NCBI GenBank assembly: GCA_028534125.1
Contig: CM052817.1
Coordinates: 53,818,001-53,882,000, forward strand
Length of the DNA: 64,000 nucleotides
Origin: Lama glama
Taxonomy: Eukaryota
Reading direction: 5' to 3'
A program made the translations under genes and the position numbers. Of this stretch, positions 50,621-64,000 are shown piece after piece; the first letter of the stretch is position 1; every line of letters starts with the position of its first letter. The notes beneath the pieces were generated by a model. The model worked only from the letters and a program-made list of their open reading frames with translations, was not told the origin of the DNA and did not search any database.

Positions 50621-53600
50621 CTACAATTTTGAAAACAGAACAAAAAGGAAAGAGATCTTAAATAAGCAATTTTATTGCTCTCTTTGGGTAATTGTTTTTG
50701 TGTATAATTGAGGCAAGAAAGTTATTAAACTCCCTCTTCACTTGGTATACATTCCCCAAGTTTTCCTGCTAATCTATCATTTTTCTTCAATACCTGATTT
50801 GAAATTCATGACTTTAGGAAGCTCCTCTTGAATCTAACTTACAGAAATTGTTCTTATTTTAATTATTCATCTGAGTGGCTAAATCCAAGGTTTGCCCTAT
50901 GATTCTTCTCTGTGAGTTTCTAAATTGGATGTTGATGAATTTATGTTGTGAATCCCAAAGATATTCTAGGTTCTCAGAGGCAAGTACAGATTTCCCATCA
51001 TGCCTAATTAAGCACTCACTGGCTGCTGAACTCTGTAAAAATTTTATTCCAAATAAAATGCCTGCTTTTCAAAGTGGTCTTTATCTTTTTACTAACTAAA
51101 TAAGAGATTTTGCTCCCAGTGTACTAGAGAGCAAACTAGTTTCTAGCACTTTCCTTTTCTGAAACTACATGCTGATTTTTCAAGTATATTCTACAAGAAT
51201 TTTTTGAAATTGTCAATACTCCAAAGATATTAGAAGAAATAAAGGCTAATATCTATGATCACTTGAACAAATTTGGGTAATAAGAAGATGGGAATATATA
51301 TATTAGTTTGTAAGGAAGGCATGAGGAACTTTAAAAAAAAAGTAAGTGTAATTTCTCAAGTTATCTTGTTTTATACCATTTTTAAATTAATAAATTAAAA
51401 TAAAACATATTTACACAGCACAGATATAGGGTATGCAATGCAAAAATAATGAATGCCTCTTTTTTTTGCCTCTCTCTATATTCACTTCCCAGAGACTGTT
51501 ACTGGTTTGGTATGCTTTCCAAACTTTAGCCTGCCCTATTATTACTTAAATATATAATAGAGTCATTATTTAGAAAATTATTTTATTTTCTTCTTTTTCT
51601 GTTTTTAACACAATCCAGTATAGGACTCAGGATCACAAACAGAAAGGTCTTCTCTTTGTAAGATTATCTTCCTAATGTAAATCCAGAAAGCTGTAAGGGG
51701 CACAACAAAAACTCTTAATCAAACAGGTTATCACTATCTACTCAGGGATGCTTAATAAATGTTCATAGCAGTACTGAATGTTAAAGAAACAAATGAATAA
51801 ATTGGAGCAACAGGAAATCTAAATTGTTAACAATCATAATCTCATGTATATAGAAAACTCCTAATTCAAAAATATAAAAATAAGTTTAGTAACATAAAGT
51901 GTTTGCAAAAATTTGTGAAAATGTATACTATCATCATAAGCTACTACTGGATGTGTATATTTGCATACTGCCCATGTAGACTAAATTACTAGTGGCTATT
52001 AAACTCTGTGAAGACTGCACAAGCAGAGATTTCTCTGATCCTATCAACCATAAAAAATAATCTCACAAATATAAAAAAGAAATGTTAAAAGATGTTCATT
52101 TCATCTTGCTTATAATTGAAAACAAAATGAGTTATGACTATGGAAAACTGCTAATATATATAAATATCATGGAATATTACACAATAGTTAAAAATATGAA
52201 GGAGAACAAGGTTGTTAACATCAGTCTTCAACATGTGGAGTTAAAATAAATGCAAATATAAAAATTATATATATGCTAATATTATAGGCATGCTATTTAT
52301 GAAGAATAAATACATAACTTTAGTATATAACCATGTTACCTATGAAAAATAAATATTATATATAAATATTTTATGTGTTTATATATGTGTATATATTTAA
52401 ACACACAGGACAATTCTGAAAGATGAAAATCAAAAGAAAAATCCTTTTCTGCAATGTTTAAATTTTATAAGAAGAAAATATTAATATACTACAAGAAGAA
52501 TATGCTATAAAGTATTATTAGATAGTTAATTGGTACTTTTTAGACACTCTTAAAATAAAAAAAATCTGCACTAAGTTTAATAAATTTGTGAAATATGGTC
52601 AGGGCTGCAAACCTAAGATACTTGTAAGACCAAATGGAATACATTATAAGGTTCATCAAAAAGTATGTAACAGTCAATGTAGATCAAAGTAGCATTCACA
52701 ACCCCACTAATGGAACATGAAAATACTTTTAAGTGGTACAGAGTGACACAAACGTGATTATAATCCATACATTTTAATTATTAGGTACAATTTAGGGCTA
52801 CTTACTAGTAATCTAGTAAATCGATTAATGATTTATGTAATCAGTATTCATAGCATTCATTAATTAAATTGGTTAAATACTAGTAGTATTCATGAAGTAT
52901 TCTAATTCAGTATTCCATCAATAAGTCTGAACACCTTATACAATTGATTGGCAACTTTTCAAAATTCCTGTGTATGTGAGTATACAGATAGCTGGAATTC
53001 CTATAATTTTCCAAAGGGATATTTTTTTAATCAGTGTACCATTCATAGTGTCTTGCATTTGTGGTAGTTTTCCATCTATGCTATTCTTACAATAATGAAT
53101 GTATTTGTGAAATTACTATTGTTTTACTTTGTTAACCACTGTGTTCTTGTTTAATTGTTTTATTACTATTATTATTATTATCATTATTACTGTATTGTTT
53201 TCTTCTATGTCTTTATTACAGCATAATACTTTTTCTATGACAAAATGTCAAAGCACATGGACCTCTGGAGTCTTTTGATTCACTTAAATGGGCCTTGTTG
53301 AAAAAAGATTAAGATCTACTGAAGTAGGTAATAGTCATTCTTTAACACATTATCTTCAAAACTAAAGATGCAAGTAGTGACTTTCATCACATTTATCAGG
53401 GAACATCATGAAAAGCAAAATTATTTATGAAGCAGAAAAAAAATAGCACTGGTATTTTCACACTGTAATTCAATTTCTTTTTCTGTGTAATTGTACCAAC
53501 AGTCTTCAATATTATTATAATATTGGGGTGGGACATGATAATGGAAAAGAAGGCCTATGTAGTCCCCTAATACAAAAATTTTAACTTTTTCTTTATGTAA

Positions 53601-54579
53601 AGTAATGGAAAATTTGAAAATGTAGATGACTAATAAGTCAAAATATAACTGTTCTCAACATAAAAGATAATAATGCTGCCTATATATGTGTCAGTAGCAG
53701 ATAGTGTAGTGTTATAAAACAATGACTCAAATATGAAAATCACTAGTGGTTATTTTAAAAACAGTAACTGCATTTTAGCATTCAAAAGTGTTTATTTATG
53801 AAGAATAAATCTAATTAATCCCACAAAAGAACTCTGGAACTCACTGTTCACCAACTAGAAAGTTGTAAGAAAAAACTAAAGTACAAATAAGTTACTCTAA
53901 TGTTTATAATAAAAATGCAAAAGTATGTTTTTAAAGCTAAATAAAAATTGATATAACTAATTATTCAGTATGATCCTTTCTGTTAAAATTGAAGAAACAG
54001 TAGTAATACTTTTTCAATCATTCAACAATCATTTGGACTTTTGTTATTTCCTAAGGAATGAAAGACAAATGCTGTGCAGAGCTCTTGCATTCAGGAAGCT
54101 CACATTCTACCAGTTGGTATGGAGAGTAAGGGGTGCAAAAAGGTAGATAATATTAATTCAACAATACAATTATAATAACAGAAATGTATATGAGGTGTCG
54201 TGGGAATATAGTATGGGGGTAATAAGTGCCTGGAAATTAGGTGGGAAGGCAACAGAAAGTAACAAATAAGTTCAAAGTTAAAAGATAAGTGAAGGGTGAC
54301 CAGGTAAGAGAAAATTCTGGTGGGGACTGGTGGCGAGAGAACCAAGAGGATACTCTATAAAAGGTGAAGTCTAGAATAATCATGGTTTGGGAAGACAGGG
54401 TACCAAGGGTAGAACAGAAAGAAAAAGTAGAGTTCTCTACCTTCAGAAGTCAATACTGATAACTATATAGCATAAATTGTGTATGTATGTATTAAATATA
54501 AATACATATATCTATTTTTTAAAAAAACAGAATGAATATCTCTACCTCTATGTATAATTTCAACAATTGTTCCTTCAGT

Positions 54580-55310
54580 CTATCTGTTCATTTGTTCTTT
54601 AACTAAAATTTGAATTTCTAATAGCACTAAGCTAAAGTCTGGGGATAAAATGGTTAATAAAATGGTTCCCCATAACAGGACCTTACATACCAGCAATGGA
54701 AAGGGCTGTCAACAAATAACTGCACAATTACTTCATTTCAATTTTTTTGAGTGCAATACAGAATCCCCATGTGGTAGCGCAGTTTAAAGGCATTTTAACC
54801 TGCTGTCTGAAGTTAGGGAATAATTTAGGAAATGCTTCTCTGAGAATGTTTAATCTGAGATGAAACGGAAAAGAGGGAATTTGGCTGGGATGAGGGTGGG
54901 GGCTTCCAGGAAGAGAGGGGCAGGGAATCTTCAAGGTACGGCATGAAGGGCACCGTGGCTGGGCTCTAACTGGACAGCTGATGAGGTGAGCAAGGAGTAG
55001 ATGATGCAGTCCCCCTTTGGAAGTCATGATGAAGATTTGGGAAATTCTGTAAAGAGCAAGGAGAAGGTACTAAAGAGTCTAAACAAGGGTGGCCCAGTCA
55101 GGTTTATATCTGAAATCAAACTCAGTAGAATGATTAGAGGGTTCAGGAGTGAATGCAATGGGGCCTGCTGTGGGACTACCTCAGTGAAGAAGCTGCTGTG
55201 GATCGGGGTAGTGGCAGCAGAGAATAGTGACAAGCCGCCTGATTTGGGAGAGAGTTACAGGTACACCCACAGGCCTACTGTCGATTAGATACGTGAGAAG
55301 AAGGAAAGGG
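54580..55310 (-). mobile_element. L2 fragment
   Basis: tgttcatttgttc...caaataactgcacaat...tgcttctctgagaatg...cagtgaagaagctgctgtg; further L2-like sequence at about 54000-54460. Confidence 0.6.
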
Positions 55311-57859
55311 AGGCACCAAGAGCCATCTCCAAGTTTCCTGTTGTTAGTGGCCATGTTGCCCTCAGCTGGATTCTCCCACAGCCACTGTGATGAACTCAGC
55401 ATTCAAGCAGGCTGCCTTTCCAGACCAGGCCTTCATTGGCCATTTTCTTTCCAGTGGCATCCAGAAGCCACTCTTCTTTCTGACTGTCATATTTATTTTT
55501 CTCACTACAGTTAGCATGAACTACAAAGATTTTATTTTAATACAAAAATATATTCGTATCTTGAATCTGCCTCAAGTCATCTGTGCAAAGAGGCAGGGCT
55601 GAAATACTTATTCCACATATCCTAGCTTAAGGATCTCATTACATTGTCTATCTCTAACATTTCTTTTACTAAATTCTGTTAAAATTATTTCTCAGAAATA
55701 AGTACATGTACAGTGAGAAATCTTATGAGTTTTGTGAAGATTAGTAAATTCATGCCTTTATTGAAATAGTGGGATTATATCTAGGGCTTCAACAGGGGAG
55801 GGGAAACCCTACTGCTTTAGTTAAGGATAATAATTATGACAGAGATGGATACTATTTACATTTCAAATTTTGACACAAGTGAAAACAGTTTTCTTTGAAA
55901 TAAGCTTTGACATTTTATGAGATTTGTTACATCAAACATTAATCAGGTGCCAAAAAAATTCCGAGTTGCTCACAGTGTGTAAGTACAAAAGCTACTATTT
56001 CTTTGAAAGATCTACCTATTTTTCTATAAATCTGAGTCAAGTGGGTATATAAACAATAAAATGTTTCTACCTTACAATAGAATGTCGGCTAAATGAGCCT
56101 GAAGATGTGGAAATCCCATTAATCTCTGATAAAATCAACAAGCAATTTACTTTCATTCCATATTAGATCTATGGAGGCTAAAAAAATGGAGAAAGTAAGA
56201 TCTGGGGACAGGATTCAACCAGTCTTCCAGAGCAAATAGCTGGTTTATTTTATACTGTAGAACAGCAATATCATTTCTAGATCTTCACACCCTTCTTTAG
56301 AAAATGCAGAAAGAACCCTATATTATCTCAAAATCTGCTAGTAGCTTGTGTGCAAACAAAAGAAAAGATACTTCAGTATGCTAGAAACAGAAAGACTATT
56401 TCTTAGTAACAATTCAGGCATTTCTTTGATTTCATATGATGGTTGGACCAGGTTATGAAGTAGGAAGCAGACCTTACTTCACATGTAAATAAATATGAAA
56501 GCTCTTCACAACTATAATTTCAGAGTTTTGAATTGACAAAGACGGGCGGGATTCTAAAGTGCAATGAATTCTTTAAATGTATGCAAAATAGAAAATAGAA
56601 ACTCTTTGAAAATTTGAGTCCAAGTTAGAGATCACGCTGAAGCCAGAGATGATTTCAGTAGACAATCATTAAGAAAGGTGAGAAAACAGAATATTTTACC
56701 ACGTATGTTTGACGAGGTAGAGCTCTAATTTGTTGGCTTCTAATAATAGAAATTGGAAAATCTTTTTAAAAAAGTATTAATTTGAAGACATATATACCTA
56801 TCTTGCTATCTGTCCTATTTTTCTATCCAATCATCTATTTATCTTTGTACCCACCTTTCTGTTCACCCATCCATCCATCCTACCAACCTCTCTCCCTCTC
56901 TGCTCCTATACCCCGTCATTTCTGTTGAGATAAATATTCCTTTGTGTACAACTTTTGCTTTTCCTTTTCTGTATAAATTACGCTTTTTAGTAAATCTCAT
57001 CATTATGAAAGTATTCTGGCCAGTATGTTACAAATTTCTTCCTGATAGTCTGACTTGAAACGCTTACATTTTCTCTAGTGAAATGTAATTTACTCTCTAA
57101 CACTACTCAAAATTTAACCTATAATTTTATCAGTATATAAGTGGCCTGAATTCATTTGTAAGTCAGAATCCATCAAGACTCTTTGTTGTTTTTTTTTTCT
57201 CCCTCCTGGCCTGACTGCAGGGGAAAAAACATAACTCATTTCTTAATGAAAATGAAAATTTAAGGTTTGTTTTTCCAACTAAAGTAAGCATCCTGATCCA
57301 TTTACTTGTGTATACTTGCTGTCTACAGTGGTGCCTGACATCCAGTGAGTGAACAGCACTGACAGCAAACTGAATGATCCTTCCCATGGGAAAGATGCAG
57401 AGACTGTGGTCCAGAGTGTCCTTTCCTTTAAAGCCCTCAGGAATTCCCCACAGGCACTATAAAGGTGTAAGGCAGGGGCCTCTTATTCCAGGGGGCATTT
57501 ACCCACAAAGTCTTGGGGAGAGAAAACTGAATACACTGTTCAAATGAGAGAATCACCCCCTCCTTTCTTTTTTCATCTCTGCTTTTATTGGAGGTAAAAA
57601 GTGTTCCTCTACTTTAAAACTCTGAAGTTCACAGAACCACAATGAGGGGAGGCGGGAAGGACCGAATCATTGTAAATACCTGTTTCACTTTAATTTTTCA
57701 ACATGGCATAAAAAAATACATTAAAGAAAAGTGGAGAGGTCAGAGCAGAGGAAAGAGGATGGGACAAAGGGAAGTAAGGAGGGAAGAGAGAGGCAGTAAA
57801 ATGAGAAAGAGAAGGGGTTGGGAAAGGGAGGAGAGGTGAGGGAAGGGAAGCAAAAACTG

Positions 57860-58320
57860 TGAACTCTGCTGGGTACTTTTTGCTAATTCAAAGCCACTTT
57901 CCATCCTCCTTCATCCTTCTCTCTGCCATAGAAGGTGGACTTACATGTTGTTATTAAGAGCACCACTCTTCTCTGGCTTTTGTTTGGGTTTGGCCAGTGG
58001 GGAGGCTGGACAAGTGGATGGAGGAAAGAGGGTGTGTGAGATCAGAGTACTTATTCCTCGAGATCTTTTCTGAAAAGCTGCCTGAGGCTGGGTTGTGTCT
58101 CTTGTCTACAGGTCATCTTTCCTCTCAAGAACACCCTACTTCCAATTTTTCATCATTCCTTTGATCTGGCATCCACAGGCCTGAGGTTGGGAACAGCTCC
58201 ATCCTTGTTACTAGCTCTGGGTTCCTGCTCAATCCCTTGCAGTTCATCTTTGCTCCCCCAATATCACTGTAAACAAAACCTCTTCAAAGGTTCCACCTGT
58301 TTGTTGTTGGGACTCAGGTA
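57860..58320 (+). mobile_element. ERVL LTR, LTR33-like
   Basis: ctctggcttttgtttgggtttggccagtggggaggc...gagatcagagtacttattcc resembles the LTR33 core. Confidence 0.65.
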
Positions 58321-60268
58321 CTGAAGGAGGAAATAAGCAAAGAGATGAATCCTGTGGAAGATGCTTTGGGGAGCTGGGGAGAGAAAACAGGGGCAAATAA
58401 CTGTGAACATTGCATATAAACTCTCTCAAGTTTATAATGTTAATATTTTAAAGTGTTGGAGTTTTGTGGTAACCTGTTCAACTATCGTTTATGTTTACTG
58501 AACAGCATAAACATTTGGAGGTATAAGGGACACACCAGGTAAAGAGGGGAGAGAAGTGAAGAGAGATTAGGTGAGTGGGTGTGGGATATAAGAGTCGTCA
58601 TAATTGTTCACCGTGTAACCAGTGCTGTAACTAAGAGTGATGTCTTGAGAAAGGTAGACCCAGCTAAATGCCAGCATCAGCACTGACCCAGGGACGGTTA
58701 CACAAGCAGATTCACAGGGCAGAAAAGCCTCCTGGTACAGTTTTGAAGATTCTACCAATTTATAAATAATCAAACCAAGGTATCATTATAAATTCCAACC
58801 ATCTAAATTGTATAATCTTGATATAATTTAATATGATTTTTACAGACTCTACAGGATTATACAGAAATGCTCTGGAAGAATGGAACATATTTGTCATAAA
58901 ACAAAAACATTCCATCCCTAAATCAAATGGACAACAGCTGTCTGGTCTTTGCAAGGAACAGTCTCTTTTGTCCTAAGATTAGCAGGTCTGCAGAAGAAAG
59001 AAAAGTATTAAGTATCATTATCAGTTCAAATCATCAGTATTTTCTGTAATGAGTTAGGCCAACCACATTCAGGAATTACCATGAAAACACTCAGCTTTCT
59101 AGGTGAATTATTGCTGAATTAATGTTAACCCCTGGGCTAAGTACATAGGGAATATTTTTTAAAAGTTGTTAATGTAAGGAGATATGCTACTGATCTTTTA
59201 ATCTGATCACATCTTGCAAGAGTTATTTGCCCTGGGGTCTGAGCTACATTGTAATAAAATCAAAGGACATAAAAACTGTGGCAGGAACAGTACTGAAATT
59301 GGAGAAGCAGCATTATGAATAGCAACAAGCAAGGAGATGCATATGTAAGAGGGTAACTGGAGTCAATATAACCACTGTTCTTCCATGATTTAGGATAAAT
59401 AGATAGTTATGGCTCATCTGCTAAGTGATCTACTGGGTAGATATTTATGGATTATTATACAGTCTATTACTGAGGATCAGCCTGGTTAAAAACAAATAGA
59501 GAAGAGAGCAAATGGTACAGACAGGCTTTTAGTAAGGCCATCATTTGTAATATTTCTCAGGAAAAATCTCTTTCAGAAATTCCTGAGCATAGCTAATGTG
59601 CCATAGAAGGACTCTTCATTTTAGGAGTGCGTAAATCCGCACAAATTGCTATAATAAGGATTCATCCCATAGCCCTTTTGGCATAAATGCACATCTGGTC
59701 TCTGTTTGTAATGAAATCAACTCAAAGCCCCACAGTGCATTAATAATAAAAATGTTCAACATAGTGCAACCAAATAAGCCCTGCAAATTTGAGTCTGCAA
59801 GGTTCTGTCACACATGTGTATACTTCTAACACTGATAAATGATTAGGTCACAGAACATTTATCAAATGGATTAAGATTCCAAAGGTAGAACTTTTTTGGG
59901 GATAATTATTATTTCCACAGGAAAATCCACTTGTATGTATGCTAGAAGTTTTTACTTGCTTGATTTATAATACCTCTTGCACTTTTATATCTATAGTTCA
60001 CAATACCATAAAATTTTTATTAATAATAAAATTATTGTAAGCAATACTGTCTGGCTTAGAGGAAGTACATGGATTTACCCTTTAAGAATAACAAAATTCT
60101 AGGATTAGCTCATAGCACATTAGGGTTGTCATTAAACCTTAAATTAAATTAAAGTAGGAGAATTTTTTCCACATTAATTTAAAAAAATTGACTATTTTGT
60201 TTTCAGCAGTTATAATTAACAGAGGATCTAGATTTGGCAAATCCTTCCTTGTCAGTCATACGATTTAC

Positions 60269-60372
60269 CTTCTGTGTTATATGGTTGACCCAAGGAGAAG
60301 AACAGTTGCTAAGATCTGGTCCTTGAGGATCCCAGATTCCAGCAGGAGCCAGGCACAGATATGTTGATACTC
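60269..60372 (-). CDS. ADGRL3: ADGRL3 exon (104 nt): HormR domain C-terminal half
   Basis: ttttag|GA GTA TCA ACA TAT... encodes (G)VSTYLCLAPAGIWDPQGPDLSNCSSPWVNHITQK|gtaaat; phase 1/0; too short for the ORF track, read by hand. Confidence 0.96.
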
Positions 60373-60574
60373 CTAAAATAATGAGAGAAATAGGTCTGCT
60401 TCAAATATTCAAACCATCTTTCTTACAATGACTTTATATCCATGAGATATTTAAATATGAGCAAAGGTAAGAATGTAATCATTACACTGTTATAATGTCT
60501 ATTAAAACACCATGTACAGTGCCTAGCTAGCAACAGGCATTAGAGAAATAAACTACAACAAACAAAAATTCAAT

Positions 60575-60708
60575 TTTTGGGGGTGGGGGGAGGGAGCGGT
60601 AATTAGGTTCATTTGTTTATGTTTTTTAAATGGAAGTACCAGGGATTGAATCTAGGACCTTGCGCAAGCTAACCATGTGCTCTACCACTGGGCTATAACC
60701 ACCTCCCC
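60575..60708 (-). mobile_element. tRNA-derived SINE, camelid vic-1-like
   Basis: Reverse complement of the same family: gggattgaatctaggacctt...ctctaccactgggctata. Confidence 0.8.
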
Positions 60709-60719
60709 AACAAATATAT

Positions 60720-61200
60720 TTTTAAAGCACTTGCTGGCAACTACACCAGGTACAGGGAATAATTTCATTAATCAGATGGATGTGGTACCTGCCTCCATGG
60801 GGCTTACTGCTTGAGTTTTCAGAGGCAAGGTAGCAGCTGAGTCTTAAAGGAATCAGTTTGCTGTCTTTGGGAATCTTCGAGTGTTTTGAACTGAGGTCTG
60901 CTGGGTAGGGGAGTTGTATTTAATGGAGTTGGAAAGGCCACCAGAGCCAGATCATGAACGCCCTTGTCTGTCATCTGCTGGTGCTGGAAAATCAACGATG
61001 ACCATTAAGCAGAGGAGACCAATGGGCTGATTTCGGTTTTAGAAAGAGAACTGTGGCAGCAGCACGGAAGATGGATTTTAGGGAGTGATGCAGAGGTTGT
61101 GTGGAAGCTATTGTAATAATTCAAGTGAGAAGACACTGTGTGGGCCTGAACAGGGGCACAGCAGAGGGGACAGAGAAAGGGTAAAAATAAGACAGCAGTG
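60720..61200 (-). mobile_element. L2 fragment
   Basis: gcacttgctggc...tgtggtacctgcctccatggggcttac...gccagatcatg...ttttagaaag...gaagctattgtaataattcaagtgagaag. Confidence 0.6.
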
Positions 61201-61649
61201 TATGCCCAGTCACCTGGGAAGGAGGGCCTCAGAAGGTTTCCTTCAAATTTCTTTCTTAATATTCATGGGACAGTAATATTTTGTAGTGCTTCGTAGTTTG
61301 CAAACTGTCTTCAAATAAAGTATTTCACTAACCTTCACAACAAACAGCTGAAGAAGGGGGGCTGTTACCATTTCTCTTTCAGAGATGAGGATACTGAGGT
61401 CCAGAACTAAGGGGACAGTGCTGAGAGAAGTTTCAACTGTTTTCTAATTTCAATACCACAGAAAACTTTAGAACTAAACACTACACCCCTTCATAAAGGG
61501 AAGGAAGATTTCAGAATATTTTTGAACACTTTGCTGAAAAACAAAATGCACTTTTATAAAAATCAATATATTTTCTGGTCTTCCCACCACTTCGCAGACC
61601 GTGGCATTCAGAAGGACATATCCATATTGAAACTTTTTTAAGACAACTG

Positions 61650-61788
61650 TTTTTTAAAAAAAATATATATTTTTTTTGGAGGGGGAGAAGGGAATTAGAT
61701 TTATTTATTGGATGGAGGTACTGAGGATTGAACCCTGGACCTTGTGCATGCTAGGTATGTGCTCTACCACTGAGCTATACTCTCCCCC
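61650..61788 (-). mobile_element. tRNA-derived SINE, camelid vic-1-like
   Basis: ggattgaaccctggaccttgtgcatgctagg...ctctaccactgagctatactctcccc; T-rich tail to the left; degenerate TSD taagacaactgt / tacgacaaacctgt. Confidence 0.85.
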
Positions 61789-62613
61789 TACGACAAACCT
61801 GTTGAAGTAACCAAATCAGTTATTCCCAAATACACAGTCCCTAACAATACTAGTACAGTGACATCTATGTGCATTTATTTCATTTACACATTTTATGGAA
61901 TAATGCAAATTTTATGCAGGGTATCAAGTATTAGTTTTATGAAGATCAGTACAGGTAACAATAAGAAATCAAACTATTTCTGGCTTAAGATACTAAATAG
62001 TAATATGGGGATTTATCCCTTTGGGGATATTATGAATCACATCAATTGAAAAAAAAAAAGGGTGGGGTGGGGGAAGAGCTATCTAGTTCTTGACTATCCC
62101 CTAGAGAAAACAATGCAGGACTGTTCTCTCTAGTGGATGGTGTGTAAGTGGAGGTTGGCTCCCACCAGCACCATCCCTGACAAAGTCAAGAGCCTTTGAC
62201 TAATAAAAAACAGCTATGATGGCTTGGAAAAAAATAGATAGTCAAATCTTCTCTTTCGTTAAATGTTGGATAGCTTCAATAATCATCTTCTAATACAGAA
62301 GTCCTTGACCTAATTTTCTGCAATAAACATTTGACAATTGGAGACAAACACGAGAACTAGCTCCCAGCAATCCAGTGATTCACTCTGGGCTGTTGCACAG
62401 AAGAGCTGGCTCTCTGGAGTTTCTGGGACATTCACAGCTTCACTGTAACTCAACTCAGAGACGTGACACTATGGGTGACCAGTATGGATCTCACAGGTAT
62501 TCTTACCAAATTCTCACCTGTGACTTCTTCAGATTGCTTTCTCAAACTCTGAAAATGCATTACTTCACATTCAGTTCAGAATTTAATCAAATGTAAAGAA
62601 CCAAAATACACTG

Positions 62614-62614
62614 C

Positions 62615-62661
<47 letters not shown>
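62614..62661. repeat. (CAA)16 microsatellite
   Basis: Perfect trinucleotide run followed by a GA-rich tract. Confidence 0.95.
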
Positions 62662-62778
62662 AATACAAGAAAGGAAGAAAAGAAAGAAAGGAGAAAAGAA
62701 AGGAAAACAAAAACAATGCTATAAAAGCAAGCTAACGTAACAGTACAGCTTTAGCTCAGCTCTGTATGAGAGACTTAC

Positions 62779-63081
62779 CTATGGTTCCTGCGGGGCATGG
62801 CTGCTTTGCCATCTGTCCTTGACGGGTCTTAAACCACATGATTTCTCGAGCTTCCACAGCCTCACAGCTCTCTTCCAGAGCTGGGATCTGGGATGACGCT
62901 GACGGAAGGTGTGTGGTAATGTCGTCAAGCACCTCGACGGCTGGAGATGGGGTGCTGGTACTCCGGTTTCTTCTTCCTGCCACTGATGGGGTGGTACTCC
63001 TGCCTGGGCTCCAAGTAGTGGTCCGAAGGGTCGTACTGGTGGTGGTGCTTCCCATGCCAAGAGGTCCTGTGGTAGAGATTT
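62779..63081 (-). CDS. ADGRL3: ADGRL3 exon (303 nt): Ser/Thr-rich linker and start of hormone-binding (HormR) domain
   Basis: ttatttcag|AA ATC TCT ACC... encodes (E)ISTTGPLGMGSTTTSTTLR...ESCEAVEAREIMWFKTRQGQMAKQPCPAGTI(G) and ends ATA G|gtaagt; phase 1/1; recognised latrophilin-3 sequence. Confidence 0.97.
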   Translation of the reverse strand, partial: KSLPQDLLAWEAPPPVRPFGPLLGAQAGVPPHQWQEEETGVPAPHLQPSRCLTTLPHTFRQRHPRSQLWKRAVRLWKLEKSCGLRPVKDRWQSSHAPQEP

Positions 63082-64000
63082 CTGAAATAAAATTCAAAAG
63101 AAAACACCTCCATTGCTTGTTCAGAGTAGGACCAAAAGATGTCCTAATACTTCAGAAGCCGTTTTCATCTGACAATTCAAGTAGCCAACATGGGAAAAAT
63201 AAGCCAATACTAAAATACCAGTGTTACTTGAGTAACAAGACAGCCACTGAGTAATGCTAATGGTAGGCTTGTTTGTGGTTCTTCTCAACTCCAGTCACAG
63301 GAAACAAAGTTACAGCACAATTCAACTCTTCAGTAAGCTTCTTAATTCTTCAGGCCTTATGACAATTAGGTGACTAAAACTTAAAACCCTCTCCTTAGGA
63401 TTTTCAAACTTGGTATAGAAAGAGACAGAGCTGTATACAATATTCTTTCCACATTAAGTATAATGTGAATCTCTACAGATGCAGCATACAGGGGAGAGGC
63501 CCCTCCCCCCCAAAAATAGAAATTGAAGTGCTCACAAGCTCAAAAATAAAGAACAATTCTGAGTATAATCTCCTTAACACAAATTAGAGTAGCTTGGTGA
63601 TTTACTCTGATGCTCTTAGAACTGACCCATCCTATGAAAACTTTCAAACTTAACATTTACCAATGTAAAGTATAAGTTATTTCCAATTAATGTGTTCATA
63701 AATTATTTCCTAACTAGATTTTTTTTAGTGGCATTTCTCCCAATGTATTCCAAGTTCCAAATAAAAGTGGTTAGGTTGCTTGACCAGATATTAACAGGTT
63801 ATTAAATCTACAGTGTATCCAAAGGAACGTCCCAACAATACTATAACAAGTCACTGCAGAGAATCCTCTCTCTGGGAAAGTTTATTTATATTCCCACCCT
63901 GGGAATGCAAGAGTTCATCAGGCCTCCACATCACATCCGCCGCAGACCTACACTGTAAGATCAGAGACTACTCTTGACCTAACTTACTGGCAATACCTCT

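Noticed and set aside
62838..63254. 138-aa + strand ORF (also 12761-12997)
   Set aside because: Antisense shadows of ADGRL3 exons.
1..64000. CRISPR array, operon or prokaryotic defence system
   Set aside because: The sequence is eukaryotic intron/exon DNA with no regularly spaced repeat-spacer structure or dense ORFs.

Overview
Mammalian, AT-rich, mostly intronic DNA covering the middle of ADGRL3 (latrophilin-3, LPHN3, an adhesion GPCR) on the minus strand. Three tRNA-derived SINEs resembling the camelid vic-1 family suggest alpaca, llama or camel. Eight coding exons were read directly with GT-AG boundaries: Ser/Thr linker plus HormR (62779-63081, 60269-60372), GAIN (50435-50620, the 39-nt exon 47432-47470, 28775-28958, 27696-27818) and 7TM (12745-12954, 10070-10290). 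The two exons expected to encode the rest of GAIN and the GPS/Stachel were not found, and the flanking exons are phase-incompatible. They most likely lie in the 500-N gap (23443-23942), which is flanked by two convergent L1 copies. The best candidate novelty is an in-frame 18-nt microexon (KVVHNK, 47574-47591) 103 nt upstream of the 39-nt exon, with a competing acceptor that would add a stop codon. The rest is L1/L2/MIR/LTR/DNA-transposon debris, microsatellites and two poly(A)-only retroinsertions with target-site duplications. No prokaryote-type system is present. Repeat family names and orthologue comparisons come from memory, not from searches, and old-repeat boundaries are approximate.
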